DNA from: Bacteroidota bacterium
Lineage (GTDB): Bacteria > Bacteroidota > Bacteroidia > Bacteroidales > VadinHA17
Direction of reading: 5' to 3'
Assembly: GCA_037127735.1 (NCBI GenBank)
Contig: JBAXXU010000003.1
Location: 229 to 64,228 of the forward strand
DNA: 64,000 nt
Part shown: positions 55,001-63,186 of the stretch, piece by piece
Numbering within the stretch: the first letter of the stretch is position 1
Layout: each line of letters opens with the position of its first letter
The notes under the pieces: generated by a model
What the model was told of the DNA's origin: nothing
The model's input: only the letters and a program-made list of their open reading frames with translations
The model's database searches: none
Program-made: the position numbers and the translations under genes

Positions 55001-55360
55001 CTTGCAAGAGACACCGGCCTTATCGGTAATATCTTCAAATTTTAAATTGCCTTTGTTTATATAAAGTCTATTTCCGACAAGGTTTCCGCAAAAATAGATA
55101 TCGGTCAATCCGTCATTGTTAAAGTCGCTCAGCCCAACGCCCGCACCATTATAGAAATTCCTGTAAGTATAGGTGTTGTATTCTTCGGTATATTCCAGCC
55201 GGTTTATGAAACCAATATTAGTTTGCTTTTTATCAAGAAGTGAAAACAGAGGAGAAGAAGTGGGATCATGTTGCAATGTTTTACAAGACCACATCAACAT
55301 AAAAAAAGCTGATAATATGTAAACTAAGAATACTTTAACCCTTTTCATAAACTCAACCAC
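52022..55360 (-). CDS. FG-GAP/VCBS-repeat + ASPIC/UnbV-domain lipoprotein (paralogue)
   Basis: Lipobox (FMLMWSC), FG-GAP repeats, and a UnbV-like GAQVTLYYNGKVNYQELMPMRGFQSTVDNRLHFGLG...VNWPD. The alternative start ATG 55348 (MKRVKV) lies 4 codons inside the ORF. Confidence 0.85.
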   Translation of the reverse strand: MVEFMKRVKVFLVYILSAFFMLMWSCKTLQHDPTSSPLFSLLDKKQTNIGFINRLEYTEEYNTYTYRNFYNGAGVGLSDFNNDGLTDIYFCGNLVGNRLYINKGNLKFEDITDKAGVSCKGSWSTGVSIADVNGDGWPDIYICKSGKPGTPHRNNELFINNGNLTFTEKASEYGLADVGLSNHASFFDYDRDGDLDCYLLNNSFQSVTEYDMNQGQRQIRDTLGSNKLYRNDNGHFVDATREAGIFGSKIGFGLGVSVGDVNRDGWPDIYVSNDFFERDYLYINNKNGTFTECLEDQMREISLGAMGADMADINNDAYPEIFVTEMTPEGNSRLKTKAVFDDWERYQNKLNKGYYHQFARNTLQLNNQNGSFSEIGRLSGVSTTDWSWGALIMDLDNDGWKDIFVANGIYKDLLDRDYLDFYSDPSLVRTMIRTEKKAILKMIDMIPSMKVPNYAFHNNKDLTFTNLSALWGLNTPSFSNGAAYGDLDNDGDLDLVVNNVNMPPFIYRNEANKKPESNFLIITLKGSGKNTGAIGAQVTLYYNGKVNYQELMPMRGFQSTVDNRLHFGLGATPTVDSVVVNWPDERCTVLRNVAANQFLKLDQKDASEKNATFTDKKQTLVFQKTETITSLDFKHKENDFNDFERDKLLFQMLSNEGPRMAVGDVNGDGLDDIYICGAKDSPGALFVQDRNGHFRKTNDKLFEADKICEDTDCAFFDADGDGDQDLYVASGGNEFPSSSSALADRLYINDGKGNFVKSGQILPAGKYESTSCVQPADFDKDGDVDLFVGIRLRPFEYGVPVNGYLLENNGHGNFTNITGKKAPGLSLIGMITDMAWADVDNDGDLDMAIVGDWMPVKIFINDNGIFTDQSERFGLSNTEGWWHTIVAKDLNGDGKVDFVLGNQGLNSRFKASANKPLTMYVNDFDLNGSVEQIICCYNGDKSYPVAMKDDLVKQIPSLAMKFKKYDDYKDATIGDIFSPEILNRSVKLNARYLESCVLINTGQGSFHITPLPVEAQFSPVYAINADDFDDDGICDIILGGNQSGAKPETGIYDASYGLFLKGYTGEKWKSVPSFKSGFFTKGEIRDLKILNINGSRIIAVARNNDNLQFYKY

Positions 55361-55381
55361 ATTAAGTCTTCAATTTTTATT

Positions 55382-55680
55382 ACCTCATCGTCCATGGCAC
55401 TTTTCTATCAATCCACCTCACCCTATCCCGTCCCGATAGCTATCGGGACCTCTCCGTTCGATCCACCTTCACCCTAAATCCCTCTTCGTACAATACGCCT
55501 CACCCTAAATCCCTCTCCCGGGGGAGAGGGACTTAAAATCCTTATTATTATATTCTTCCACCCCTTCTCCCCCGGTTTTACCTCACCCTAAATCCCTCTC
55601 CCGAGGGAGAGGGACTTAAATTCAGATATTGTTTTTCTTCCACCCCTTCTCCCCCGGGAGAAGGGGATGGGGGATGAGGT
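55382..55680. repeat. Field of GC-rich palindromic repeats, including two tandem ~83-100-bp composite units
   Basis: Palindromes: cccgatagctatcggg (55432-55447), ccctctcccgggggagaggg (55511-55530), ccctctcccgagggagaggg (55594-55613), ccccttctcccccgggagaagggg (55643-55666). Composite units run 55498-55580 and 55581-55680. The field is bounded by acctcatc (55382-55389) and gatgaggt (55673-55680). Confidence 0.85.
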
Positions 55681-55686
55681 TGTAAT

Positions 55687-55725
55687 AAAAAAAAAGAGCA
55701 GGCAAATATAATAATTGCCTGCTCT
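55687..55725 (-). terminator. Rho-independent terminator downstream of susD-like gene
   Basis: The minus strand reads agagcaggcaa-ttattatat-ttgcctgctct followed by T9: an 11-bp stem, a 9-nt loop and a U-run. It starts 28 nt after the SusD stop. Confidence 0.8.
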
Positions 55726-55752
55726 CTTAAAGAAATTATTTAAATATTATTA

Positions 55753-57462
55753 CTAATAACCCGGGTTCTGAACCAGATTGGGGTTAGCAGCCAATTTTGA
55801 TTTTGGGATTGCATACAGACTAAGATAAGGATCCGATTTTGCTAATACAACATCAGTAGTATTGTGATGTGGGAGAACCCATTTATTAACCTCGGTCCAT
55901 AATCCAAACCTGATCAGATCCTGACGCCTGTTATGTTCGAACGCCATCTCACGTCCCATTTCATTAAATAATTCGCCACCCGCAACAACAGGACCTGTCA
56001 GATCAAAACTCAGTGTACCATCCAATGAAGTTGAGTTGATCAAACCGGCCCGTGTCCTGATCTGGTTAACCAGTGCCAGTGCAGCACCATCAGTAGGACT
56101 ACCACTTTTACGCCACAGGGCCTCTGCTTTCATCAGCAGAACATCGGCATAGCGGAACACTACAAAATCGTTACTCATATCCGGTGTACCACCTATCTCA
56201 TATTCCCATTTACCAATTCTTACACCTGACTGGCGCCATGCCTGAGGACCCAGTTCATTGATCTGTGGAGCGGGCGCTCCATTTACAAGGGAACCTATAT
56301 TTCCAAAATTAACAGGTTTCCCATCAGGATCAGCGCCATCAGCGCCATCGTCAATTGACAATCCGGCACCTAATTTGTACTGATAACCTGCAACGAAATT
56401 GCCACGTTTGGTGGCGGGCCCTGTCAGTGTACCTGCATCACCTTTTCGTAAATCGGTATTTTCATATGAGTTATAGAACTTCTCCAGTGCGCAGTAACCA
56501 TTCCAGGGCTGGAATGTAAGGTTATATGAGTACTGACTTGCATAGTGCAAAGATGCTGCAGCCATATTGAATCCGGTGAAGAATATCTTGTCGTATGGTA
56601 TGGCAAAGATAAATTCTTTGGAACCGGAATTGTTCACATTGAAATTGGCAAAATAATTGGATTCGAGGGAATATTTGCCTGAATTGATAATCTCATCACA
56701 GGCAGAGATCACTTTGTCATACTGTGGGGTACCTGAATAAACCTTGGAATTCAGGTATAATTTTGCCAACAGGAATTTCCCGGCCCAATAATTCATTCGT
56801 CCATAGGTTGTTCCGTCTACATTCTTTGTCATCAGAGGAACAGCAGCTTCAAGATCGGCAGTAAGATTGGTGAAGACAGTTGCCCTTGGAACCTGAGGTG
56901 GAGCAGCCAGGGCATTTGCAAAGTCATTGTCATAAGGTATGTTTCCGTACAGATCAACCAGCTGCCAGTAGAAGAAACTACGCAGTGTAGTTAGTTCTGA
57001 AATATATGCACCAGCGACCTCTGCGTTAACCTGGCCTCCATCAGACAAAGTTTTGAACTGGTAAATCAACCTGTTTGCAGTACTTACGCCTCCGAAACAA
57101 AAATCCCATGGGCCATTCATAAATCCATCGTCATACCCCCATGAATGTAAATGAAGCCTTCTCTGGGTACCACCGTCGTCCCAGTCAGATCCCCTTGTAG
57201 GAACAACTACTTCATCGGTGGTCATCTCCTGAACTTCGTTAAGATCACTTGTGGCATAGCCACCCAATGTAGTATAAGCGGAACCGAGTGCAGCCACAAA
57301 CTCTGCATCAGTTTTGAAGAAATTGGCCGGCGTGATCTCACTGTAAAGTTTTTCATCCAGTTTGGTGCAAGCCTGGCTAAACGCACCCACTCCTAACAGG
57401 ATCATAATGACCCTTATCAGATATCGTGATTTTTTCATTTTATTGTTTTCTTTTGATTTCAT
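55753..57462 (-). CDS. SusD/RagB-family nutrient-binding outer-membrane lipoprotein
   Basis: Lies immediately downstream (19 nt) of SusC. Lipobox (GVGAFSQAC). Contains the SusD hallmark FRYADVLLMKAEA. Alternative start at ATG 57438 (MKKSRY). Confidence 0.85.
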   Translation of the reverse strand: MKSKENNKMKKSRYLIRVIMILLGVGAFSQACTKLDEKLYSEITPANFFKTDAEFVAALGSAYTTLGGYATSDLNEVQEMTTDEVVVPTRGSDWDDGGTQRRLHLHSWGYDDGFMNGPWDFCFGGVSTANRLIYQFKTLSDGGQVNAEVAGAYISELTTLRSFFYWQLVDLYGNIPYDNDFANALAAPPQVPRATVFTNLTADLEAAVPLMTKNVDGTTYGRMNYWAGKFLLAKLYLNSKVYSGTPQYDKVISACDEIINSGKYSLESNYFANFNVNNSGSKEFIFAIPYDKIFFTGFNMAAASLHYASQYSYNLTFQPWNGYCALEKFYNSYENTDLRKGDAGTLTGPATKRGNFVAGYQYKLGAGLSIDDGADGADPDGKPVNFGNIGSLVNGAPAPQINELGPQAWRQSGVRIGKWEYEIGGTPDMSNDFVVFRYADVLLMKAEALWRKSGSPTDGAALALVNQIRTRAGLINSTSLDGTLSFDLTGPVVAGGELFNEMGREMAFEHNRRQDLIRFGLWTEVNKWVLPHHNTTDVVLAKSDPYLSLYAIPKSKLAANPNLVQNPGY

Positions 57463-57481
57463 ATCTTATTCATTTTCAGTG

Positions 57482-60400
57482 TTAAAAAACAAAGTTCGCA
57501 CCAAAAGTTATTGACCTGGTCCTGAACCATGTATTTCTTCGGTCCATACCGGTTACGAGCGGGCTATTGAAAGTTCCCAAGCTGGTTTCAGGATCAGTAT
57601 ATCTGGGGTTTGGATCAACACCTGTATATTTGGTAATATAGAAAAGGTTATTACCGGCAACATACAACCTTATCTTACTGAACGCTGAACTTTTTGGTAA
57701 ACTGAAGTTATAGCCTAAAGCCATATTATCAAGAGAAACAAAATCTGCTTTTTCAACGTACTTGCTATTTACAGTACCTGAAGTAACAGCCAGAAGTTTT
57801 CCGTCAGCACTTCTAAGATCGGTTGTAGTCTTTGGAAGGTTATATGAGGTAATATAAGCCGGCACTTCATAAAATGCGCGGAATGAATTGACAAGGCTGT
57901 GTCCGAATACACCGCGGAAGAAGACATTCAGGTCCCAGTTTTTATAAGTAATCGTATTGCCAAATCCAATCAGGAACTTGGGTAAGCCGTTGCCTGTTAC
58001 TGTCCGGTCAGCACCGCTGATTGAGCCATCGCCATCTACATCTTTAAAGATAAATTTACCTGATGCATCAATACCCTCATACACGTATGTCAGAATTTGT
58101 CCGATCGGCTTGCCTTCCTCTACCACTGCAATAGGAGTTCCGTTCTGTCCCGGTGAACCCATATCCCCCATTTCCTGTCTTCCATAAGTCAGTTTAGCAC
58201 CATTATATTCTCCTGATAAGGAAACAAGGGTATTCTCAAGAATGTAGGAAGGGGTAAGTGATATGTTGTAAGATATGTCTCCCTTTTTAATGACATTATA
58301 ATTAAGCGCTAACTCTAACCCGCTACTTTTTATTTTCCCGATATTTAACCATGCCTGATTATAGAGGTTTGGTGGTACGGGTACACCGTATTGAAATAGT
58401 AAATCGGTTGTAGTCCTGGTATAAAAGTCGAATGAACCTGATAATTTTGAATTAAGGAGTGTAAAATCCAGTCCGGCATCAAATTCACCTTTCTTTTCCC
58501 ATTTAAGATCAGTATTTGCATTACTTACAGGAGAATAGCCGGGAACAAATGTTCCATTATAGTAGAAATTGCCCTGTGGGCCCAGACGAAGCAGCGAGAG
58601 ATAACTGTTGGAAGGCTGGTTTCCTGTAACACCGTAGTTAACACGCAATTTGAGGTTGTCGATAAAACTGACATTTATTAGTTTAGAAAGATCAGCGCCT
58701 CCACCGATGGCCGGGAACAAACCCCATCTGTTGTCAGTTCCAAACCTTGAAGAACCTTCATATCTGGCACTGGCAGATACAAACCAGGTACTATTAAGAT
58801 TAACGTTTACCCGTCCAAAAAATGCAATCAGTTTATTCGAGTTTTTATAACTGGTTATTGTACCCTTTCCATTTTTGAAATCAAGTGCAGCGCTAAGATT
58901 ATTGTATGTGAAATCGTCCGTCAAAAAATTTCCTCCCTCGGCGTAAAACCCCTCATAGGAAAAATCCTGGTAAGAATAACCACCTACAGCGCTTACATTC
59001 AGAGTAGAAGTTATGTCGCCATTATAGTGAAGGGTCGATTCAAAAAGCTTGCTCGCACTACTATTTGCACTTCTCGAAGCTAAACCATTCCTGTTCATTC
59101 CTCCCCAATAATCATTCTTATCACGATACTGACCACTTAAATCACTGCTATTCTGTATTGAATAGAAAGCGTCAAGGCTCAGCCCTTTAAGTATTTCATA
59201 AGAACCTTTTAATGAGAGGTTCAATAACCGGTTTTTTCCATTATTGGTATTTAACTTAAGTAAGGAAACCGGGTTATAATAGTCGAACAATACCTGTTGA
59301 AAATATCCGTCATATTGGGTATAGGCCGGATCAGTGCTCATCACCGGAGCTGTAGGATTGTAAATAGTTGCATAACGAAATGCATCACTAAAACCATACT
59401 TGGATTCTCTCTCAGTAGCACCAAGGTTTAAATCGAGGGTAAATTTATCATTCAATGCCTTTTGTGTGATATTGATCCTGCCGTTAAGCTGGGTGTTACC
59501 GGTTGTTATCATAATACCCTGAATATCGCGATAGTTAACTGAAGCGCGGTAACTGGTCTTATCAGTTCCACCTGACATGGAAAGATTGTGTACCTGTGTT
59601 ATGCCTGTCTGTTCAATTTCCTTAAACCAGTTGGTATTTTGTCCAAAATCAGTACCCAGACCAGTTTCAGCTGACATTGCCCTCCATTCTGTGGCATTCA
59701 TTACATTTGTATTCTTGGCAACCATCTCGGCAGTAGCATAAACATTATAGTCGATAACCGCTGTGCCTTTTTTACCTTTCTTGGTCTGTACAAGAATTAC
59801 ACCACTCGAACCCCTTGTTCCATATATGGCTGCTGCAGAACCATCCTTTAACACGTTTATAGATTCAATATCGTTAGGATCAACGTTATTGAGATCTCCG
59901 CCAACTACACCGTCAATAATTACCAGAGGCCCCAGGTTAGCGCCAATGGTACTCATCCCTCTCAGTCGTATATCATACCCGCCGTTTGGGTCACCTCCTG
60001 CTTTACTGATAGATAATCCGGAGACTTTTCCCTGAATCAATGCTACAGGACTGTTAACGCTTCCTTTATTGAACTCATCGGATTTTACACTTGTTATGGA
60101 ACTGGTAACTTCTCTTTTCTTCTGAGTGCCATACCCTGTAACAACAACCTCATTAAGTGAGCTCATTGCAGGAGCCAGTATAATGTCGATTTTAGTCTGA
60201 CTTCCGACGACCACAGTCTGGGAAGTGTAACTTATAAATGAAAATACCAGAGAGGCTTGTGGTCCGGGAACTACAATAGTGTAATTACCCTGGAGATCGG
60301 TAGCGGTTCCTGTTGTGGTCCCCTGAACCACAACGTTAACACCAGGCAATGGCCCCTCCGCTGCCGAAGTCACTTTACCTGTAACAGTCTTTTGCTGAGC

Positions 60401-60487
60401 AAAGGCCATGCTGAAAGCAAAGCCAAGAAGAAGAAGCGATAAAAGACTTCTCCTCCATAGAAATACAGAATTTCTCAATGTTCCCAT
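57482..60487 (-). CDS. SusC/RagA-family TonB-dependent outer-membrane transporter
   Basis: N-terminal CarboxypepD_reg-like domain (VTGKVTSAAEGPLPGVNVVVQGTTTGTATDLQGNY), plug (VLKDGSAAAIYGTRGSSGVILVQTKKG) and C-terminal TFGANFVF. Confidence 0.92.
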   Translation of the reverse strand: MGTLRNSVFLWRRSLLSLLLLGFAFSMAFAQQKTVTGKVTSAAEGPLPGVNVVVQGTTTGTATDLQGNYTIVVPGPQASLVFSFISYTSQTVVVGSQTKIDIILAPAMSSLNEVVVTGYGTQKKREVTSSITSVKSDEFNKGSVNSPVALIQGKVSGLSISKAGGDPNGGYDIRLRGMSTIGANLGPLVIIDGVVGGDLNNVDPNDIESINVLKDGSAAAIYGTRGSSGVILVQTKKGKKGTAVIDYNVYATAEMVAKNTNVMNATEWRAMSAETGLGTDFGQNTNWFKEIEQTGITQVHNLSMSGGTDKTSYRASVNYRDIQGIMITTGNTQLNGRINITQKALNDKFTLDLNLGATERESKYGFSDAFRYATIYNPTAPVMSTDPAYTQYDGYFQQVLFDYYNPVSLLKLNTNNGKNRLLNLSLKGSYEILKGLSLDAFYSIQNSSDLSGQYRDKNDYWGGMNRNGLASRSANSSASKLFESTLHYNGDITSTLNVSAVGGYSYQDFSYEGFYAEGGNFLTDDFTYNNLSAALDFKNGKGTITSYKNSNKLIAFFGRVNVNLNSTWFVSASARYEGSSRFGTDNRWGLFPAIGGGADLSKLINVSFIDNLKLRVNYGVTGNQPSNSYLSLLRLGPQGNFYYNGTFVPGYSPVSNANTDLKWEKKGEFDAGLDFTLLNSKLSGSFDFYTRTTTDLLFQYGVPVPPNLYNQAWLNIGKIKSSGLELALNYNVIKKGDISYNISLTPSYILENTLVSLSGEYNGAKLTYGRQEMGDMGSPGQNGTPIAVVEEGKPIGQILTYVYEGIDASGKFIFKDVDGDGSISGADRTVTGNGLPKFLIGFGNTITYKNWDLNVFFRGVFGHSLVNSFRAFYEVPAYITSYNLPKTTTDLRSADGKLLAVTSGTVNSKYVEKADFVSLDNMALGYNFSLPKSSAFSKIRLYVAGNNLFYITKYTGVDPNPRYTDPETSLGTFNSPLVTGMDRRNTWFRTRSITFGANFVF

Positions 60488-60832
60488 AGTTAAGGTTTTT
60501 TAGGTTGAATAATTTATGTATATATATAATTAAAAGTGTGAAAGAATAAAACATAATGTGTGAAATCGTAAAAAATATATTTTATCGGAATCAGAGGTCA
60601 TAAATCAATCAGGCTCTTTTATCTCTTAAATTTTTCGCAAACAAATCTAACATATTTATTTTTATATGTTAAACATTTTTAACATTTTTTTTATTTTTAA
60701 AATAGAAATAATTTATTTTTTAATTTTTAACATAAGGTTTGATGGTTTTTACTTATGGACATTACCTGTTACGTCAAAATAGTACATGGCATAAAAGTGC
60801 ATAAGTATCATACCGTCATTTTTACTGTTCTT

Positions 60833-63154
60833 TCAAATTTCTATTTCTGAATTTGAGCTTAAGTTATAAAGCTTACCCCGATGACTAAATGTAACAGGTT
60901 CAGACCCTTTGTTATTGACGCACAGGATATTATGATTTACTGATACTTCTACCAAATTGCCTTTCCAATAGACAGGATAGGTAATCTGAATAATTTCCTT
61001 CGGTAGTTTTGGTTCTATTCTCAAGTTTCCACCAACCATACGTATCCCTCCAAAGCCGCAAACAACGATTTGCCATACACCGCCCATAGATGCACCATGT
61101 ATTCCATGATCGGAAGATTTCATATTCATGCCCATATCAATAGTCGCGGCCTGCCGGTACAAACTGTAAGCTAATTCACGATTGTCCAAATCATTTGCCA
61201 GGATTGCATGAGTTGAAAAACTTAGTGATGAATCGTGCAATGTCCTGTTTTCGTAGTAATTATAATTAGCCAGCTTTACTTCAGTACTAAATTTATGTTC
61301 GAGCAGATACATTAGCATTACAACAGATGCTTGTTTGGATACCTGCATCCATGCTACCTGACTTAAACTATAATCCAGAAACAGAGACCCTACATGCTCT
61401 TGTTTTTTATATTTGGTTAAATCAATATCCTTCAAAGTCAGGTAAGTATCATCTTGTGGAATGATATTATTTTCATTAGGCTGAGGGAGGTAGATTAGCG
61501 GAAGCTTTTCTTCTAATTCTTTGATTTCACTTTCAAGATTCAATAAGGTATCGAGTCTGAAAAATATTTCCGGTTTTCCTGTTTTCAGTAAGTGGTAGTA
61601 ATGAATTGCATTTTCTATACACCATTGCGCGGTATAATTTGTAAATGCATCGTTGTTTATGTGCTCTTTATATTCATCAGGGCCAATAACTTCATTAATA
61701 TGATACTGTTTTTTTTCATCGTTCCATTGTAAACGGCTGGCCCAGAAGATTCCGGTATCCAACAGAATTTCATAACCATATTTGTCCATAAAATCTTCAT
61801 CACCCGTTACCTGGTAATATTGCCATATTGCGAAAGAAACATCTGAAGTGATATGCTGTTCAATAAATCCACTCCATATTTTGGTAGATTCACCTGTGAT
61901 GATATCTGCTGCACCCCAAACCGGAGTTACTTCGCCATCGTCAGCCCATGCCGATTCCCATGGAAACATTGCTCCTTTATACCCATTTTCAAGGGCTTTT
62001 TTTCGTGCTCCATTAATAGTATTGAAGCGGTATTCCAATAAATTTCGCGCTATTTGAGGTAGGGTAAAAGTAAAGAATGGCAGCATAAATAATTCTGTAT
62101 CCCAGAAAGAATGTCCCTTGTAACCTTCGCCTGAAAGACCTTTAGCGCCAATTCCCATGCGGTTATCGTGTGCCGGAGTCATTATCAGTAAATGATATTG
62201 AGCAAAGCGGACAGCAAGTTGGTTAAAATCGTCATTGCTTTCTATTTTAATATCTATAGCCTTCCATTTTTTAGCCCACACCTTAACCGAAAGATGTTGC
62301 AGCACATCATATCCCGAATTGCAGGCAGATTTAAGTTGTTCAATCGAATACTCTCTCAATAACTCCGACGATAATGATTCAACCTCCTTATCGCGGGTAG
62401 TATACAGATTGGATATTTTTTCAAGTTTAATAGTTTGATTTACTTCAATATCTGTAATGTAAATCATATACACTTTTCGCCTGTCCATTTCAAAACGGGA
62501 AGTTACTTCAGAGCCGTTTAAAGAAACTGAGTGAGCTGTATTGTGTATAAAAGTGATCCCCGATTGTGTTGTTTGTTGGAGCATCTGTACATATTTTTTG
62601 TCGAAAATACGCTTCTCTCCTTCATGAAAATGCTGTGCACCGCTATTGCTCATTTGCCCGTTTATGCCGCTGTCAAACTGTATTTTTGCTGATTGATTCA
62701 ATGCCTTGATTTCAATTTCAGCAGCCATCAAATGGAGAGTATCAAATGAAATAAATCGCCTAAAGGAAAACTGAAACACTTTTCCTTCATCGTTTTTCCA
62801 GTTAAATTCCCTGGTAACTTCGCCGGTCTTTAAGTTAAGCGTACGGTGATAACCGGAAAATGACCCTTTATCCAATCCAAACAATCTGCCATCTATCCTG
62901 ATATCAATGTTTGATACATCTGCGGCGTTCGGGAGTTCGGTAACATCGTAGTCATCAAACTTATTAAATGTGCCTGATACAAAAGTGTCGCGGACCTGGT
63001 TTATATACCTTTCCTCCGTGGCTGTGCGCATTCCCATATATCCATTTCCCTGGCAAAAAATGGTTTCGCATTTCCCCTGGTACCGTGTATCAAAATCATT
63101 TTCTGTTATGAGCCAGTTTTTTAGCTCTCCGATACCTTTATTATATAGCATCAT
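60833..63154 (-). CDS. GH65-family glycoside hydrolase/phosphorylase (maltose/kojibiose/trehalose phosphorylase-like)
   Basis: N-terminal ETIFCQGNGYMGMRTATEE and the catalytic-region motif GHSFWDTELFMLPFF typical of GH65. No signal peptide. Confidence 0.9.
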   Translation of the reverse strand: MMLYNKGIGELKNWLITENDFDTRYQGKCETIFCQGNGYMGMRTATEERYINQVRDTFVSGTFNKFDDYDVTELPNAADVSNIDIRIDGRLFGLDKGSFSGYHRTLNLKTGEVTREFNWKNDEGKVFQFSFRRFISFDTLHLMAAEIEIKALNQSAKIQFDSGINGQMSNSGAQHFHEGEKRIFDKKYVQMLQQTTQSGITFIHNTAHSVSLNGSEVTSRFEMDRRKVYMIYITDIEVNQTIKLEKISNLYTTRDKEVESLSSELLREYSIEQLKSACNSGYDVLQHLSVKVWAKKWKAIDIKIESNDDFNQLAVRFAQYHLLIMTPAHDNRMGIGAKGLSGEGYKGHSFWDTELFMLPFFTFTLPQIARNLLEYRFNTINGARKKALENGYKGAMFPWESAWADDGEVTPVWGAADIITGESTKIWSGFIEQHITSDVSFAIWQYYQVTGDEDFMDKYGYEILLDTGIFWASRLQWNDEKKQYHINEVIGPDEYKEHINNDAFTNYTAQWCIENAIHYYHLLKTGKPEIFFRLDTLLNLESEIKELEEKLPLIYLPQPNENNIIPQDDTYLTLKDIDLTKYKKQEHVGSLFLDYSLSQVAWMQVSKQASVVMLMYLLEHKFSTEVKLANYNYYENRTLHDSSLSFSTHAILANDLDNRELAYSLYRQAATIDMGMNMKSSDHGIHGASMGGVWQIVVCGFGGIRMVGGNLRIEPKLPKEIIQITYPVYWKGNLVEVSVNHNILCVNNKGSEPVTFSHRGKLYNLSSNSEIEI

Positions 63155-63186
63155 ATTTTATCCGATTTTTACTTTTGCCCTTTTTG

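Noticed and set aside
55382-55680. Possible CRISPR array, because of repeated GC-rich palindromic units.
   Set aside because: There are only two full units of about 83-100 bp. The sequences between the palindromes are themselves repeated rather than being unique spacers, the spacing is irregular, and no cas genes are present.
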